A stretch of 64,000 bases of DNA from NCBI GenBank assembly GCA_964234715.1, contig OZ174275.1; one strand, given 5' to 3'. Both the position numbers and the translations under genes were made by a program. The notes under the pieces are model-generated. The model worked only from the letters and a program-made list of their open reading frames with translations. It did no database searches and had not been told where the DNA came from. The stretch is from Podarcis melisellensis (Eukaryota). Below, one piece after another: positions 40,871 through 53,304 of this stretch. How positions within the stretch are numbered: position 1 is the stretch's first letter; every line of letters begins with the position of its first letter.

Positions 40871-40960
40871 GCAGATAAATTTCAGATGTATGTTACCTAC
40901 TGTAAAAACAAGCCTGACTCCAGCCAGCTAATCCTAGAACATGCAGGAACATTCTTCGAT
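40871..40960 (+). CDS. KALRN: Kalirin coding exon (DH/GEF1)
   Basis: CACAG acceptor; [30 protein letters not shown]; GAT|GTAAGT donor; 90 nt. Confidence 0.97.
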
Positions 40961-41897
40961 GTAAGTGTTTATTGTTTTTCTATGTCAGATTAGACAATAA
41001 CCTGTGCTGCTCTTTTGCTGTTGCAATGGCCATCCACTTTGGAGGCTTGTTGGTTATATGAGAGTTTTTCGCGCTTGTGGTATTAGATACCATGCAGCAG
41101 TCACTTGATGGCTGCCTCGGTTTCCCTCTCATCTCATTTTCTCCTGGCTGCCACTGAGAAATTAGAACTGCACTGGCCCAGCTCACACACAGCAATAAGC
41201 CAAACCATGGCTAAATATGAACATGCAAGTATGTGCATACTTGTAGTAAACATTGTGACTGTTTAGCGCCTTCCCCAGTCCTACTGCTGCACTACCTGGA
41301 GCTGTGCCATGGGTTGCTTAGCATTACTGTATGTCTGACCCTGGGCTTGTGGTTTATCTATCTCAGTGGACCCAATCCAGACCTCTTTGGTGTTTCAGCC
41401 TGAGAGCTGCTGCAGCAAAACCTTCTGTCCTGGCCAGTTTGTGTGGAAGGACTGTGCAAGTGGTGGTGGTTATGCCACTTCATCAAACCCATTGCTATTG
41501 GCCAGGAGTTTAGATTAAATCTGCTCTCCTGAAGTCTCCAAAGCCCTGATGCACTAGTGGTACATTTTAATTTTCCCATACAGCTCTTTGTATTCTGGTC
41601 TGATTCCATTAATAGAAGTGTAAATTCAATGGCCAACTCAAATTTGAGTGAAAAATTTCAAATTCTAATGGCAGTGATTTGGGGCTTTTTGCTAAAATTT
41701 GGATTGTGCTACCTACATTTTAGTAATAGGATTCAAAATTACCCCTAATATTTGAGACTGTGTGTATTAAAAATACATATAAATTTAAAACTCTGGGGGG
41801 AGAAATGAATATTGTTTAATTTAAACAATTTTTAGGGCCAACTAGGTGAAACATTAGAGATCTGTGACTGGTTCTGCCTTCTTTTCAGCAGATAACA

Positions 41898-42307
41898 TGT
41901 CAGGGAAGAGTTAGAAGTTTCCAGTTTATCAGAGGGAGAAAGCATTCCCCAAGGAGAGCAGTGAATCTAATAGAAGAGAGCAAGAGGAACAACAGGGAGG
42001 GACTGGCTGTTCACAGGAAAGGCAAGGGTTAAGTTCTAGCTCAGATTCGGAGGAGGGGAGATACAAGCCAGCTCTAGCCAGAAGGTTAGAAAAAGAGCGG
42101 GAAAGCAAAGGGAAAGGCGCCTTCGCCATTTTGAGACTGGCTGGTCACGGAGAAGCAGAGCTCAGAAGGTATCCGAAATAAGTGACTCTGAGGAATAATA
42201 GTTAAGAACCGTTTATAAGATTGTTTTGTTAATACGCAATAAAAAGTTATAAGAGAACAAGAAGCGTTCGTGTGGTGATCTGAAGAGGACAACGACCAGG
42301 CCTGACA
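41898..42307 (+). mobile_element. Solo LTR, gypsy-like
   Basis: Perfect termini TGTCAGG...CCTGACA; 5-bp TSD TAACA (41893-41897 and 42308-42312); AATAAA near 42238. Confidence 0.9.
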
Positions 42308-44030
42308 TAACAGCCACAAGGAACCCATTCCAGATTAGGACAGCAGCACTGTGGAATGAAGGTTAACTCTTTTTCCAAATGCTGTTTACCCAATGAAAAT
42401 CCCCTGTCAACCACTGCTTTCTTTGCTCTGAGCCAAGGCAGTTTTTCAGGAACCAAAAACTAAGAGGGGATAGCCTTTTTTACTGCACAGAACCACTCTC
42501 AGCTTGCGCTATAGGTAGGACTCCAGTTTGGCTGGGTCCCTGCTCTACTTAGCATAATGGTTAATCTAGTCCTAAATTGAACATCTCAAATTACAAATAT
42601 CATCCCTTGGCAGTCTTTCCACCTAGATGCAGCTGTTAAAGTCTTATATGACTCGCCTCATTACACGCCCTTGATTACATTTTCTCTTTTTAGCTCATTG
42701 TTTAGAACATTTTCAAGTGAGTTAAGGAAAAAGAAAGGTGGAGAGAGTATTATTCTTTTTAATTGGGCAGCGTCCCATAGGAGTCTCTTTTAGAATTATC
42801 CCTGTCCCTTTGGTGAAAATCTGTGTGATAGTTAAATATATGAACCAGCAGGTGGCATTCTTGCCTACTCAAAGGTTTCTGGAAGGGATGTAACATTTCA
42901 GCAGATTTACATGTTTAACAGGGTATTGACACAGATTAGAATGCATTTGCCTGGCTAAGCTTTTCTAGCCCAGCTGCGCTATGCTGGTTGGAAATATTCT
43001 GATGATGCTTAATACAAAAAAAGGTTGATGTTTTATCCCATTTATGTTTTGCAAATGAGTGGTAGATTTTTCCTTTCTCTTTTTCAGTTTCTAGGCTAGA
43101 AAATCCCTTTTCCTGAAAAGCAACAGGAAGAAAAAGTAGCTGACTTTTTGTGCATTTTGGAGAGTTAGCCTGACTGTACTTTGTCATAGCTGCTCACATA
43201 GTCATCCAATCATGCAAAAAGACTGCAAAATGTTCCTTGCTTGATTTGGCACCTCTTCAGGTGTCATTTTCAGAAGGAGGGCAGCAGAAAATCAGAGATG
43301 GGGAACATTATGGTGGAAATTAGGTCCTCTGGGAACATTTTCAGATATCTTCTTGTCTAATTCTGGCCTTATACTTAGAACTGATTTTTTATTTTTTTTT
43401 AGTGTGAGCTGACAGCAGTCTAAACTAACATTGAAAATCTGGCACAAGATAGATTAAAAGCCAACAATACTGGGCATAACCCAGGCAAAGTGCACAAAGA
43501 GTGCGCTGTGGAGGCCTCCTTCCACTAAAATTATCTGAATCCAGCCTGCAGGGCATTGTGGCTTCTCCTGCTTTAACATGGCTGAACCAGAAGACAGCTT
43601 ACCTGTGACTTATTTATTTAGTAAATTTATGTACCATTCCTCTAAAGATCACATATACTGTGTGCCTCCACACACAGCATCCAATGGCCAGGTAGGGACC
43701 ATATCAAGGATGCAGGTTAATCCTGATCAGGATGCAGTTGAGGAGACTGGGCCATGATGAGAGTGTGTATTTCACAGCAAGATGGGGGATACAGTTTGGG
43801 GCAGCATTGGGTAGGACAACAGTGTGTTTGGAAACCATGTCTGTGTGTCCTGGGATCACTGTCAGCGTACTGCTGCTCTCTGTGAGGCCTGATGCCCAGG
43901 CCTGATGCCAGTGGTCAGACAGACTGGGCACTGGTCAGGAAGCCAAGGGGCTCAGCAGGATCCCTCTTCAACCCAGCCCACCTGTGCCTACAGGGCAGCT
44001 GGATGCTCATTTTAGCAGGTGGTGGTACCA

Positions 44031-44083
<53 letters not shown>

Positions 44084-44183
44084 GAATTTGTATACCACCC
44101 TTCATTGGAACATCACAGGACAGTTCACAACACAAAAATACAAAATGAGAATACATAATACATAATAAAACAAAAACAAACCA
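44031..44183 (-). mobile_element. LINE (L2-like) 3' tail remnant with expanded (TTA)n tail
   Basis: (TTA)n, then gaatttgtataccaccct...atcacaggacagttcacaacacaaaaatacaaaatgagaa. Confidence 0.55.
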
Positions 44184-46781
44184 GTGATAAGGACTGCATT
44201 CATCTGCTCCGTTCCCAATGAGCCAAAATTCATTCACAAATTGAATGTGGCTTCACATGCATGTTTGCTTGCCCATCCATGTGAGAGCTGCACTCCCTAC
44301 ACAGGTATAAGGAATAGTGCCATCTCATTCTGTGCAACTAGGTTCAAAAGCATCAGGGAAACTGGACTAATTAGGGCCCCTTCACTTGTTGCACACAGTT
44401 TCTGTATGGAAGGTACTTACAGTTTGTGTAACGAAACAGGGAAGCGCTCAGTGGGTGTCCTATGAGAAAACATGATCTCTCAGAGAATGATAACTTGGGT
44501 CTACTTTGCACAGTTGAAAGGATTACTGAACTAAACAAAAGAAGCACTATATTAAGGATGGAGAACCAGGGGCCCAGGGGGCACATCCAGCACTCACAGC
44601 CTTTCTATTAATCCTAGCACCCTCTCCTTCAAGCCCTATACCCTCATCAGCATAGGCCCAAACCCTCATACCAATGCCTGCCAAAGTAAGTCAACAGCCT
44701 CCATGCTTGGAAGCACTTGTATATTCAAAGAAGTGTCTGTGCCTTTCCATTCTTCCTCTGGCATTCTTGCCTGCACTCAGAAGTGCTTGGATGCTCCAGG
44801 GAGTTTTCTGCAGCTCTCGACTTCTTCCAAAAAGCACTTGGGTATGTTCAGAGGCACTTGTCCATTATTGCTGCCTCCCACTTATCCCAAAGCAATAATT
44901 ATCCCAATCAGAGTTGTTTCATGTCCCTCAGTCACAACCAACATAAGCAAAATCAGACTTCAGATTTCTCTCTCACACACCGCCCTGTTGTTGTTAGATT
45001 GATTGAAAGAAAGCTTTCTGTTGTCATTGTCCCACTGGGGACAGAGAGCCCAGCTTGATATAAAAGACAAATAGCATAGGGCTACTTGAAAAAGCGAGAG
45101 ATAATACACAGAGATGGGGTGGGCAGAGAGACACAGAGACTGAGATGAAGAGGGTGGAAGGGAAGGAGAGCAAAACTCCTGTCGCCCTGAACTGTAGGAA
45201 GGAGTAGCCTGATAAGATGAATCTGGAGAATCTGGAACAGGGAAAGCTGAATGTTATACAAAAGCATGCACCCAAATGTGTATTTGTGTGGAAGGATGGG
45301 TGTGAAAGGGATGTGAATAGGGTGTGTATGTGGTTCCACCCCCACCTACTTTTGCTTTATTCCCTCCTGCTGGCATGTGGCCTCCAGATGTTTACCCATG
45401 GGGAATGTGGCCCTTGAGCTGAAAGCTTTCTCCTGCACATGCACTGTACGCTATATGTAACCCTATATGCAATTGAAATTAATAAGAAACCCATGTATAG
45501 ATTGTAACTTGTGACTACATGCAAGGCTTTCATTATCCATGCCACATGCTCTGAGAAGCCACGGCCAACTAAGTTTTCTCAGTGTGAGGAGAAACTTTTT
45601 ATCAGAAGTTACAATTGACACACTAGTTTTTGTACATATCCTTATAGTAATTCTTACAGTAATCAGTCATGGGGCAAAACAGAGCATCATTTACTAAAGC
45701 ATTACGTTGTGCCTTGGAAATGAAGCAGAGCTGACTGTCTTTACTCAGCAACTCTCTTAACACATAGGTGGATTCTTGCTGCTTCCTGATTTCTCCAGAT
45801 TGGAACTATACAATATCAAAGTTGCACCTTCCTCTGAGAACAGCTGTTGCTTGTTCTTGCTACATGCACTGCAGTAGCTCATGCTACATGCATGAGCAGT
45901 CCAGGGTGGGCTCATGCTACATGCACTGCAGTCCAGGGTGGGCCTGGCCTTGTTACCTTTTGTAATCACCCCTTAAGAACATGGTTTTGCTAAAATAGGA
46001 GAGGGGGAGTCAGGAGTTAGGCCTTATTGATTTCATAACAAACTCCCTTGTCCTGCTCTGTCATAACTTGAGCAGTGCCAAACACTTTTGTTCCGGGAAA
46101 TTTTAAATTGTGTCACTGCACATCTTTGTTTAGATACACTACACAGAAACAAAGCACTTCAGTTTAGGAGCAATTTGAAGAAGACAGGGAGAACTCTCCT
46201 ATGTCTACGGATTGTGATGAGAATCAGGAAGACTTAACTGGCTTTCTATTGTTTGCTGAACAGAAAAGGAACAATACATATTATGCCCCATTAATTTTGT
46301 TGGAGCTGTATTTCACTCAGATTTAGTAAACCATTCTCAAAGGGTTCCTGCAAGTTAAAAAGCAATCGAAATTTCCATATGTAGAAGGGGTTTAGTGATT
46401 CCCCCACCATCTCTGCCAAAATATTAAAATTAATCTAGGCTTTAATGTTAATTATCAAGAAAAAGTCACCTTTTTATGGGAGTAAAGATCTGTTTAAAAC
46501 AAACCATTTATTATTTTATTGGGAAAGCCTTAACTGACATATTTGTATTGAAAGGTCTCCCTCAATGACCACAAGAACTGTTATAAAATTTCTCTGTGGA
46601 TATACTGTTATCCATCAGGTAACCACATAATAATTATTCAAAAAAAACTGGTCAGCCCAGGTATTGTGCAGCTAAAATTGATTATGTGTGACTGCTTTTC
46701 AAACTGACTAAGTCTAGGAACTTTTTCATCATGTTCTATTTATATGTTTAACTTAACTGTGGTTTTGTTTTGACTTTTTAA

Positions 46782-46886
<105 letters not shown>

Positions 46887-46956
46887 TGATTTGTTTCTAC
46901 TCTTATGATACTTATTTGCATATGCCTTTATTTAACTGATGGTACACTAACTGAGA

Positions 46957-47286
46957 GGGACGCAGGTTGCGCTGTGGGTTAAACCACAGAGCCTAGGACT
47001 TGCTGATCAGAAGGTCAGCAGTTTGAATCCCTGCAACAGGGTGAGCTCCCGTTGTTCAGTCCCAGCTCCTGCCCACCTAGCAGTTCGAAAGCACGTCAAA
47101 GTGCAAGTAGATAAATAGGTACCGCTCCGGTGGGAAGGTAAATGGCGTTTCCGTGTGCTACTCTGGCACATGACCCAGAGGCTGTACGCCGGCTCCCTCG
47201 GCCAATAAAGCGAGATGAGCGCCGCAACCTCAGAGTCGGTCACGACTGGACCTAATGGTCAGGGGTCCCTTTACCTTTACCTTTAC
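46957..47286 (+). mobile_element. Sauria SINE (Squam1) with a small internal deletion
   Basis: GGGACGCAGG...gtgcaagtagataaatagg...(ACCTTT)n; TSD TACACTAACTGAGAG (46943-46957 and 47284-47298). Confidence 0.93.
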
Positions 47287-47440
47287 ACTAACTGAGAGGA
47301 ATGTGAATCCCACACCAGCTCAGATTGAGTAATCTAACTTAGATTTCACTTACAAGGTACATTGTGATACTAGATAGCAGACTTGGAGAATCATTAAGTT
47401 TTTCATTGTTATAATAATATATGTTGCGTTTCTTCCTTGT

Positions 47441-47680
47441 CCTCTCCTGGTCCTGCTTCTGTTGTGCTACCCAGGGCTAAGCCACGGTTTGGCTTAGCAT
47501 CACATCTGAACCTGAGCATGTGGTTTGTTTCCTCTAAACAAAGCATGAGTTGTAAACCAAGAGCAAACCATAGTTGTCTGTAGTAAGACAAACCACAAGC
47601 CTGGGTTTGGATATACTGCTAAGCCAAACCATAGCTTTACCCCAGGTAATGCGGCAGCAGCAGAACTGGAGGAGGAGCAT
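47441..47680. mobile_element. Fold-back MITE-like inverted repeat (related fragment at about 41190-41370)
   Basis: Imperfect arms of about 90 nt, e.g. aagccacggtttggcttagca...tgtggtttgt versus acaaaccaca...tgctaagccaaaccatagctt. Confidence 0.65.
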
Positions 47681-48038
47681 AGCAGTCACTATAATCTCTC
47701 CAGGAACCCACATGTTTGCTCGTCTGCAAGTCACTATCAAAATGGCATGGGTCACATGCAAAGTCACTGGGTGGAGCTCAGAGATGGTTGGGTCACAAAG
47801 GAGAAAACGAGCTGAAGCAATATTGTGATAATAATACCCAGTACTGAAGTTAACTTTATTATTCAGTAAAGTGGAGAATTAGTGTTTGTTATTGATATTA
47901 TATCAACATTATCTACATCTGACAAGATACACACTCATCCAGGTGTCAAATACCTTGATTTGAATGTTCTTACTGACTGCAAATTAAGGAAGCAGCAATC
48001 TTTTATGGGGTTTTGTTTTGTTTACTGTTTCTCTTCAG

Positions 48039-48150
48039 GAGCTTCTAACATGCTGTGAAGAAGGGAAGGGAGAACTCAAGGATGGTTTGGAAGTGATGCT
48101 CAGTGTTCCCAAGAAAGCCAATGATGCCATGCATGTTAGCATGTTGGAAG
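48039..48150 (+). CDS. KALRN: Kalirin coding exon (DH/GEF1 C-terminal helix)
   Basis: TTCAG acceptor; [37 protein letters not shown](G); AAG|GTAAGC donor; 112 nt, phase 0 to 1. Confidence 0.97.
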
Positions 48151-48186
48151 GTAAGCAGATTTTGACAGTAGGGAGAGGAATGTTAC

Positions 48187-48227
48187 TACATACATACATA
48201 CATACATACATACATACATACATACAT
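48187..48227. repeat. (TACA)n microsatellite
   Basis: Seen directly, 36 nt downstream of an exon donor. Confidence 0.95.
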
Positions 48228-48874
48228 GAATATGCCAGTAAGTGCAGAAGTGAGCGTTCTTTTGAATGGATAAATAGATAACAGCATTTACAGATACTTG
48301 GTTTTACTAAGTAACTTTGCAGATTCCTGCTCCCAAAGAAAGAATGAAAGAAAGAACTTGAGACTGTCTATAACTTGTGCCACACATTCTTAAAAGTTTT
48401 TGTTTTCAACACACAACATATCTCCTTGAAGTTGCCACATTTTGTCCAAGTTTAACTAGTACCCCATTCCTTTCTCGGCACATCTTCACCAATCCCTTTC
48501 CCTCTTGTTGCATAATCTATTTTTTGTTCTGTACAGTAGTTTTGTACAACTTTAGCAAGTGTGTATTTGCATCAGAGTTCCAAAGGGTCATTGCTTCCTC
48601 ACCCCATTTATGGAATCCCTCTTTTGGGAAGGAAAAGGGGGTCTCGGTGGTGGAACACAAGATTGATATGGCAAGGAGGTCAGACACAATCTCGGACCTG
48701 CACAGAATTTCATGGCATTTATAGATATGACACATATGTCCTCTTCCCTTACTTTTGGTAATTCTTTAGAGAACAAGTTTCATTTCTCAGTCTCTGTCTT
48801 ATCAGTTTGTCTAAAACCAACTTCATTTCATGATCTTTATGTTTTTCATTTGATCTGATTTGTTTTATATGTAG

Positions 48875-49065
48875 GATTTGATGAAAATCTGGATGTTCAG
48901 GGAGAACTGATCCTTCAAGATTCCTTTCAAGTGTGGGACCCCAAATCTCTCATCCGGAAGGGTCGTGAGAGACATTTGTTTCTCTTTGAAATTTCTCTTG
49001 TTTTCAGCAAAGAGATCAAAGATTCTGCAGGGCACACTAAATATGTTTACAAGAACAAATTACTG
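48875..49065 (+). CDS. KALRN: Kalirin coding exon (PH1)
   Basis: TGTAG acceptor; FDENLDVQGELILQDSFQVWDPKSLIRKGRERHLFLFEISLVFSKEIKDSAGHTKYVYKNKLL; CTG|GTATGT donor; 191 nt, phase 1 to 0. Confidence 0.97.
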
Positions 49066-49373
49066 GTATGTTTGCTGAGACTAGGATGAATGTTTGTATG
49101 GGCTTATTTTTTAAGTATGAAGGGCGCGGAAATAAGGTGTGCATGTCTTTGTACCAAATTTGGAAGATGCTAGCAGTTTGGTGCCACATCCCATGAGGAT
49201 TAGCTTTATTCTACTTTACTTGAGAAGCAATGTGCAGAGGATACCCGAAAAGGCTTAACACTATTCAATAAAGTTATATCCATTGCAGTATGATACTAGA
49301 TGTGAGTTTCTTTCTAGCCTCAGTTCTAAATCTGTAGAAAATGTGTTTCCCAACCATCTCTCTTTCCTAACAG

Positions 49374-49475
49374 ACCTCAGAGCTGGGAGTGACAGAGCAT
49401 GTGGAAGGAGATCCCTGCAAATTTGCCTTGTGGTCTGGACGGACTCCCTCCTCAGATAACAAAACAGTGCTGAAA
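49374..49475 (+). CDS. KALRN: Kalirin coding exon (PH1)
   Basis: AACAG acceptor; TSELGVTEHVEGDPCKFALWSGRTPSSDNKTVLK; AAA|GTGAGT donor; 102 nt. Confidence 0.97.
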
Positions 49476-49954
49476 GTGAGTCTCCAAGTTTATTTTCCGT
49501 GTCTTCATCTCATTGTTCTACCTCAGCAGCCATATGTTGTTAGATAAGCCTAGCTCTGTTGTACAGCTGGCAGTTTGATATTGAGTTTGATGTAGAATAG
49601 AGTCCAGTTCTTTAGACTGTGGTTCCTTAGCAGTTCTCTACTTCCACAGCTGGGAGTCTGCATACTTATACAGTCCAACTGATGATGTTGCATTCATAAT
49701 GATGTAGCAGCTGAACTGGCCTTGAGGTAGGAGTTAGGATGCTGTGCCCATATGATTTAGCCACCTTGGGTCCCGTTCTGTGATGGGGATGCAGATCCTG
49801 CCAAACACAATGGCTCCTGTTCACCCACTCTCCCCGTTTCAGGGCTCTCTACCAGCAAGTGATTGGGTTACACCCCCCCCCCCGCCAAGCTACTTATCAC
49901 CAATTGGCCTAAAAGTTTCCCTCATGTCTCCCCAAGAACAACTTAAAGTAGCAT

Positions 49955-50296
49955 AAAGTTAAAGGACCCCTGACCGTTAGGTCCAGTCGTGGGTGACTCT
50001 GGGGTTGCGGCGTTCATCTCACTTTATTGGCCAAAGGAGCCAGCGTACAACTTCCGGGTCATGTGGTCAGCATGACTAAGCTGCTTCTGGCGAACCAGAG
50101 CAGCGCATGGAAATGCCATTTACCTTCCCGCCAGAGCGGTACCTATTTATCTACTTGCACTTCATGCTTTTGAACTGCTAGGTTGGCAAGAGCTGGGACA
50201 GAGCAACGAGCGCTCACCCCGTTGCAGGGATTCGAACTGCCGACCTTCTGATCGGCAAGCCCTAGGCTCTGTGGTTTAACCCACAGTGCCACCTGC
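49955..50296 (-). mobile_element. Sauria SINE (Squam1)
   Basis: Reverse-complement similarity along the 46957-47286 copy. Confidence 0.92.
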
Positions 50297-51525
50297 ACAG
50301 AACTTGGCTTAAGACATGCATGGTGAATAATCAGAGATAACAAGGTTTTAATGAAGCGTAGATAAAAGTGTACTAAAGTGATACAGTAATTTCTTAAGAA
50401 AAGGATTTTACGTGGAAAGGTTATAGAAAAACAAACTCAACCCACAAATGGAAAAAAACAACAACAAATTAATCATGAAGGCTTACACACAAATTCCACA
50501 CACTCTCTAGTCACATTCCTTAAGGCTACAGACTTAGGACCATCTTGCAATAGTGATCTGCCTCTCTAAGGATTTCCTGGGTACTTGTAACCTGAAAGCT
50601 CATTTACAAATTTACAAATTGATTTACAAATCAAACAACACACCTTTCAAAGGCTTGAAAGAGAATGATGGCCCTTGTCCTTGATAGACAACATACTTTC
50701 CTAACTAAAACAAGGCACCTAGCAAGTTAATTTTTTTTTTTAAAAAAAGTAAGGTCTAGAAGGTTGATAGGAAATTAAATAATGCCCAGGCATTGCTAGG
50801 AAAAGTCCATGTGGTCCAATTGAATGCAGATCAGGTACAAATTATCAGATTCATGAGACTGAAGTAGTCTCGGGGGGGGGGGGGTTAAAATTGGTTTTTA
50901 TTAAAGATTTTCTTATGTTAAAAAACAAACACATAAACAAGGAAGAGGACACATAGCGTCTCCAATTTCAATTCATAGAGTCTTTTTCATAGTTGGTTTA
51001 TGTTCGGTATGAGACACAATTGTTATAGACATGCAGTTGTGGGGGGAGAGAGGGGGGAGGGGGAAATGATCTGCGGTGTTGACGTGGTGTGATGTAAGGA
51101 ATGTATTTGCTATGAAGAGAATCAAGTTCACTGAAAGTTCCTTTATAGTATTCCCCCCCCCCCCGCCCCTTAACTACTGCCCAGTCTCTCTGGATTGTTT
51201 TGACTCTAACGATTTTTTCACCACCTGAACAAGCTGGTCATTTTTGCTGATTGATTTTGTTTTAACAAGGACCTTGTAGCATACAGAAATCCTAGTGATG
51301 GAACAACATCCTATTTCCCCCTCTGTCAGGCGTATTGTATTTCATGTACTACACACATTTATCTGGTTTTTGCTAAAGCAGCTGGTCAGGTGCTTTTGAC
51401 ACTTGAACTACTTATGATTTACCCAGGCAGATTGTTCTCTAATGAAGAACAAAGGAATGGAAGAAACTGAAACAAAGCACTAGAACATGAAGCCATACTT
51501 CTGCTTTCTCTGTTGAATTCTTTAG

Positions 51526-51668
51526 GCATCCAATATTGAAACAAAACAAGAGTGGATAAAAAATATTCGGGAAGTGATTCAGGAAAGGATGATACACTTA
51601 AAGGGAGCCTTGAAAGAGCCAATACAGCTCCCCAAAACCCCAGCAAAGCAAAGAAACAACAGTAAGAG
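51526..51668 (+). CDS. KALRN: Kalirin coding exon (PH1 C-terminal helix)
   Basis: TTTAG acceptor; ASNIETKQEWIKNIREVIQERMIHLKGALKEPIQLPKTPAKQRNNSK(R); AG|GTAATC donor; 143 nt, phase 0 to 2. Confidence 0.97.
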
Positions 51669-52698
51669 GTAATCTTAGTAATTCCTTGGAATAGCTATGA
51701 TTTTTAATCACTTGATGCTCTGCTTAAGGTAATTAGTTTGCTATGCAAAGGCTTTGTGAAGATTTGTCAATGAGGGAGTAATTGTATAAATAGTTGTTTC
51801 AGTGAATATCAGCAGCACAATAAACTTTGTCTACAGGGATCAGTTTCTCCCATAGCCATATTCTTGGATCCAGCAGAAATCAGGCATGGCTCTGTCTCTC
51901 AGCTGCCCAGCTGGTTCCTTGCTTCTAGTTCACACTCCTCAACTCTGGCCTTTGTCTTTCTAACTAACAATTATATATGGGAGCCCTCCCCCGACCCATT
52001 TTACCTCTAGCTTGGAGCCACTTCCTTTGTTACTTTAGCAACCCATACTTAGCCAGCCATTATCAAGAAACTTGCCTGGCTATTCCAGCAATTGAATCCT
52101 TGTTGGATTCAGGAATTAGAAGGGACTCAAGCATACAACCTGCCGCCTGCTACATACAAAGAAACCCCACAATAGTATGACTTACAGAGAGAACATTTGA
52201 ATGGAAAGGTATGAAATACTCCAAACTCTTGTAAAATGTGGAAAATATATAAAATGGAGGGGAAGGGTATCAGTACATTAATGTTTTGTACGTTTTTCCT
52301 TAAAGATTGTTATGATTTCTTAATTCAAACTACTTAAAAAATGCAAAGACTGAGAAATGACCCTTGGCAATTGGTGTCCGTTTTCCAAAACAGCAAAGCT
52401 ATAATCTAGATAGCTTGGTTTGGTTATGTGAGAAATCCAAGCAGAATGGGCTATGGGCAGGCCACCCTCATTACAGAGCTATTTTAAGAAACATTGCTGT
52501 CACCATATAAGCCCAGGATAGTCAATTTCCAAGAGCAAACATGGTTATTATGTGCTAGCTTCATGGTAGAGGTGACATCATTCTAAATTACAGATTGAGT
52601 TGTAACACAAATGTGACCGGCTGAGCAACTGACTTTTCACACACTAGCAGAGCAGTTTTCAAATCCATTGACGAAATTTTCTGGTTCTTTCCCTGCAG

Positions 52699-52801
52699 AG
52701 AGGGAGGAGAAGATGCTGACAGCCAAGGAGATGGGAGCAGTCAGCCAGACACAATTTCAATTGCATCCAGAACTTCTCAAAATACAGTGGACAGTGACAA
52801 G
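52699..52801 (+). CDS. KALRN: Kalirin coding exon (post-PH linker; last exon shared by Kal7 and longer isoforms)
   Basis: TGCAG acceptor; EGGEDADSQGDGSSQPDTISIASRTSQNTVDSDK; AAG|GTAGGA donor; 103 nt, phase 2 to 0. Confidence 0.97.
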
Positions 52802-53142
52802 GTAGGATTTGTTCTTGAAAATATAGCACTGCTGATTCTAGGTAGAAGAATCTGAAGTATTAAACTGTCGTCAGAGATAAAAATTAAGTGTTCTGTCTTT
52901 TTGGAACTGCTTAAACTGTCCGTTTACGTTCCATGGCTGCATAGAGTTCATATCAGGTCATGTCCAACTTTGTCCCTCAGCTGACAGAAGTCTCTTTGAT
53001 CCTGTGGAGGTTTCCATGAGTGGAAAGGGACAGGAGATGATTTTTGCAAATTTCCCTTGTGCCGCTTTCCATTCTATTCAAAAACATCCTCTGGAGCAGA
53101 TTTGAGGGGCACAGAAAATATTACCTCCTCCCTCAGGAGGTT

Positions 53143-53304
53143 GTACAGTCTCCCTCAGGAGGTTGTGGATTCTCCTTCCATGGAGGTTTTTAAGCAGAGG
53201 TTGGATGGCCATCTGTCATGGATGCTTTAGCTGAGATTCCTGCATTGCAGATGGTTGGAATAGATGACCTTTGGGTCCTTTCCAACTCAAAGATTCTATG
53301 ATTC
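53143..53304 (+). mobile_element. CR1 LINE 3' fragment
   Basis: Same CR1 3' consensus as 12632-12920, ending gattctatgattc. Confidence 0.9.

Noticed and set aside
49780-51250. Possible additional LTR or L1 remnants around the third Sauria SINE
   Set aside because: Composition looks repeat-like, but I could not define termini, a TSD or a family.
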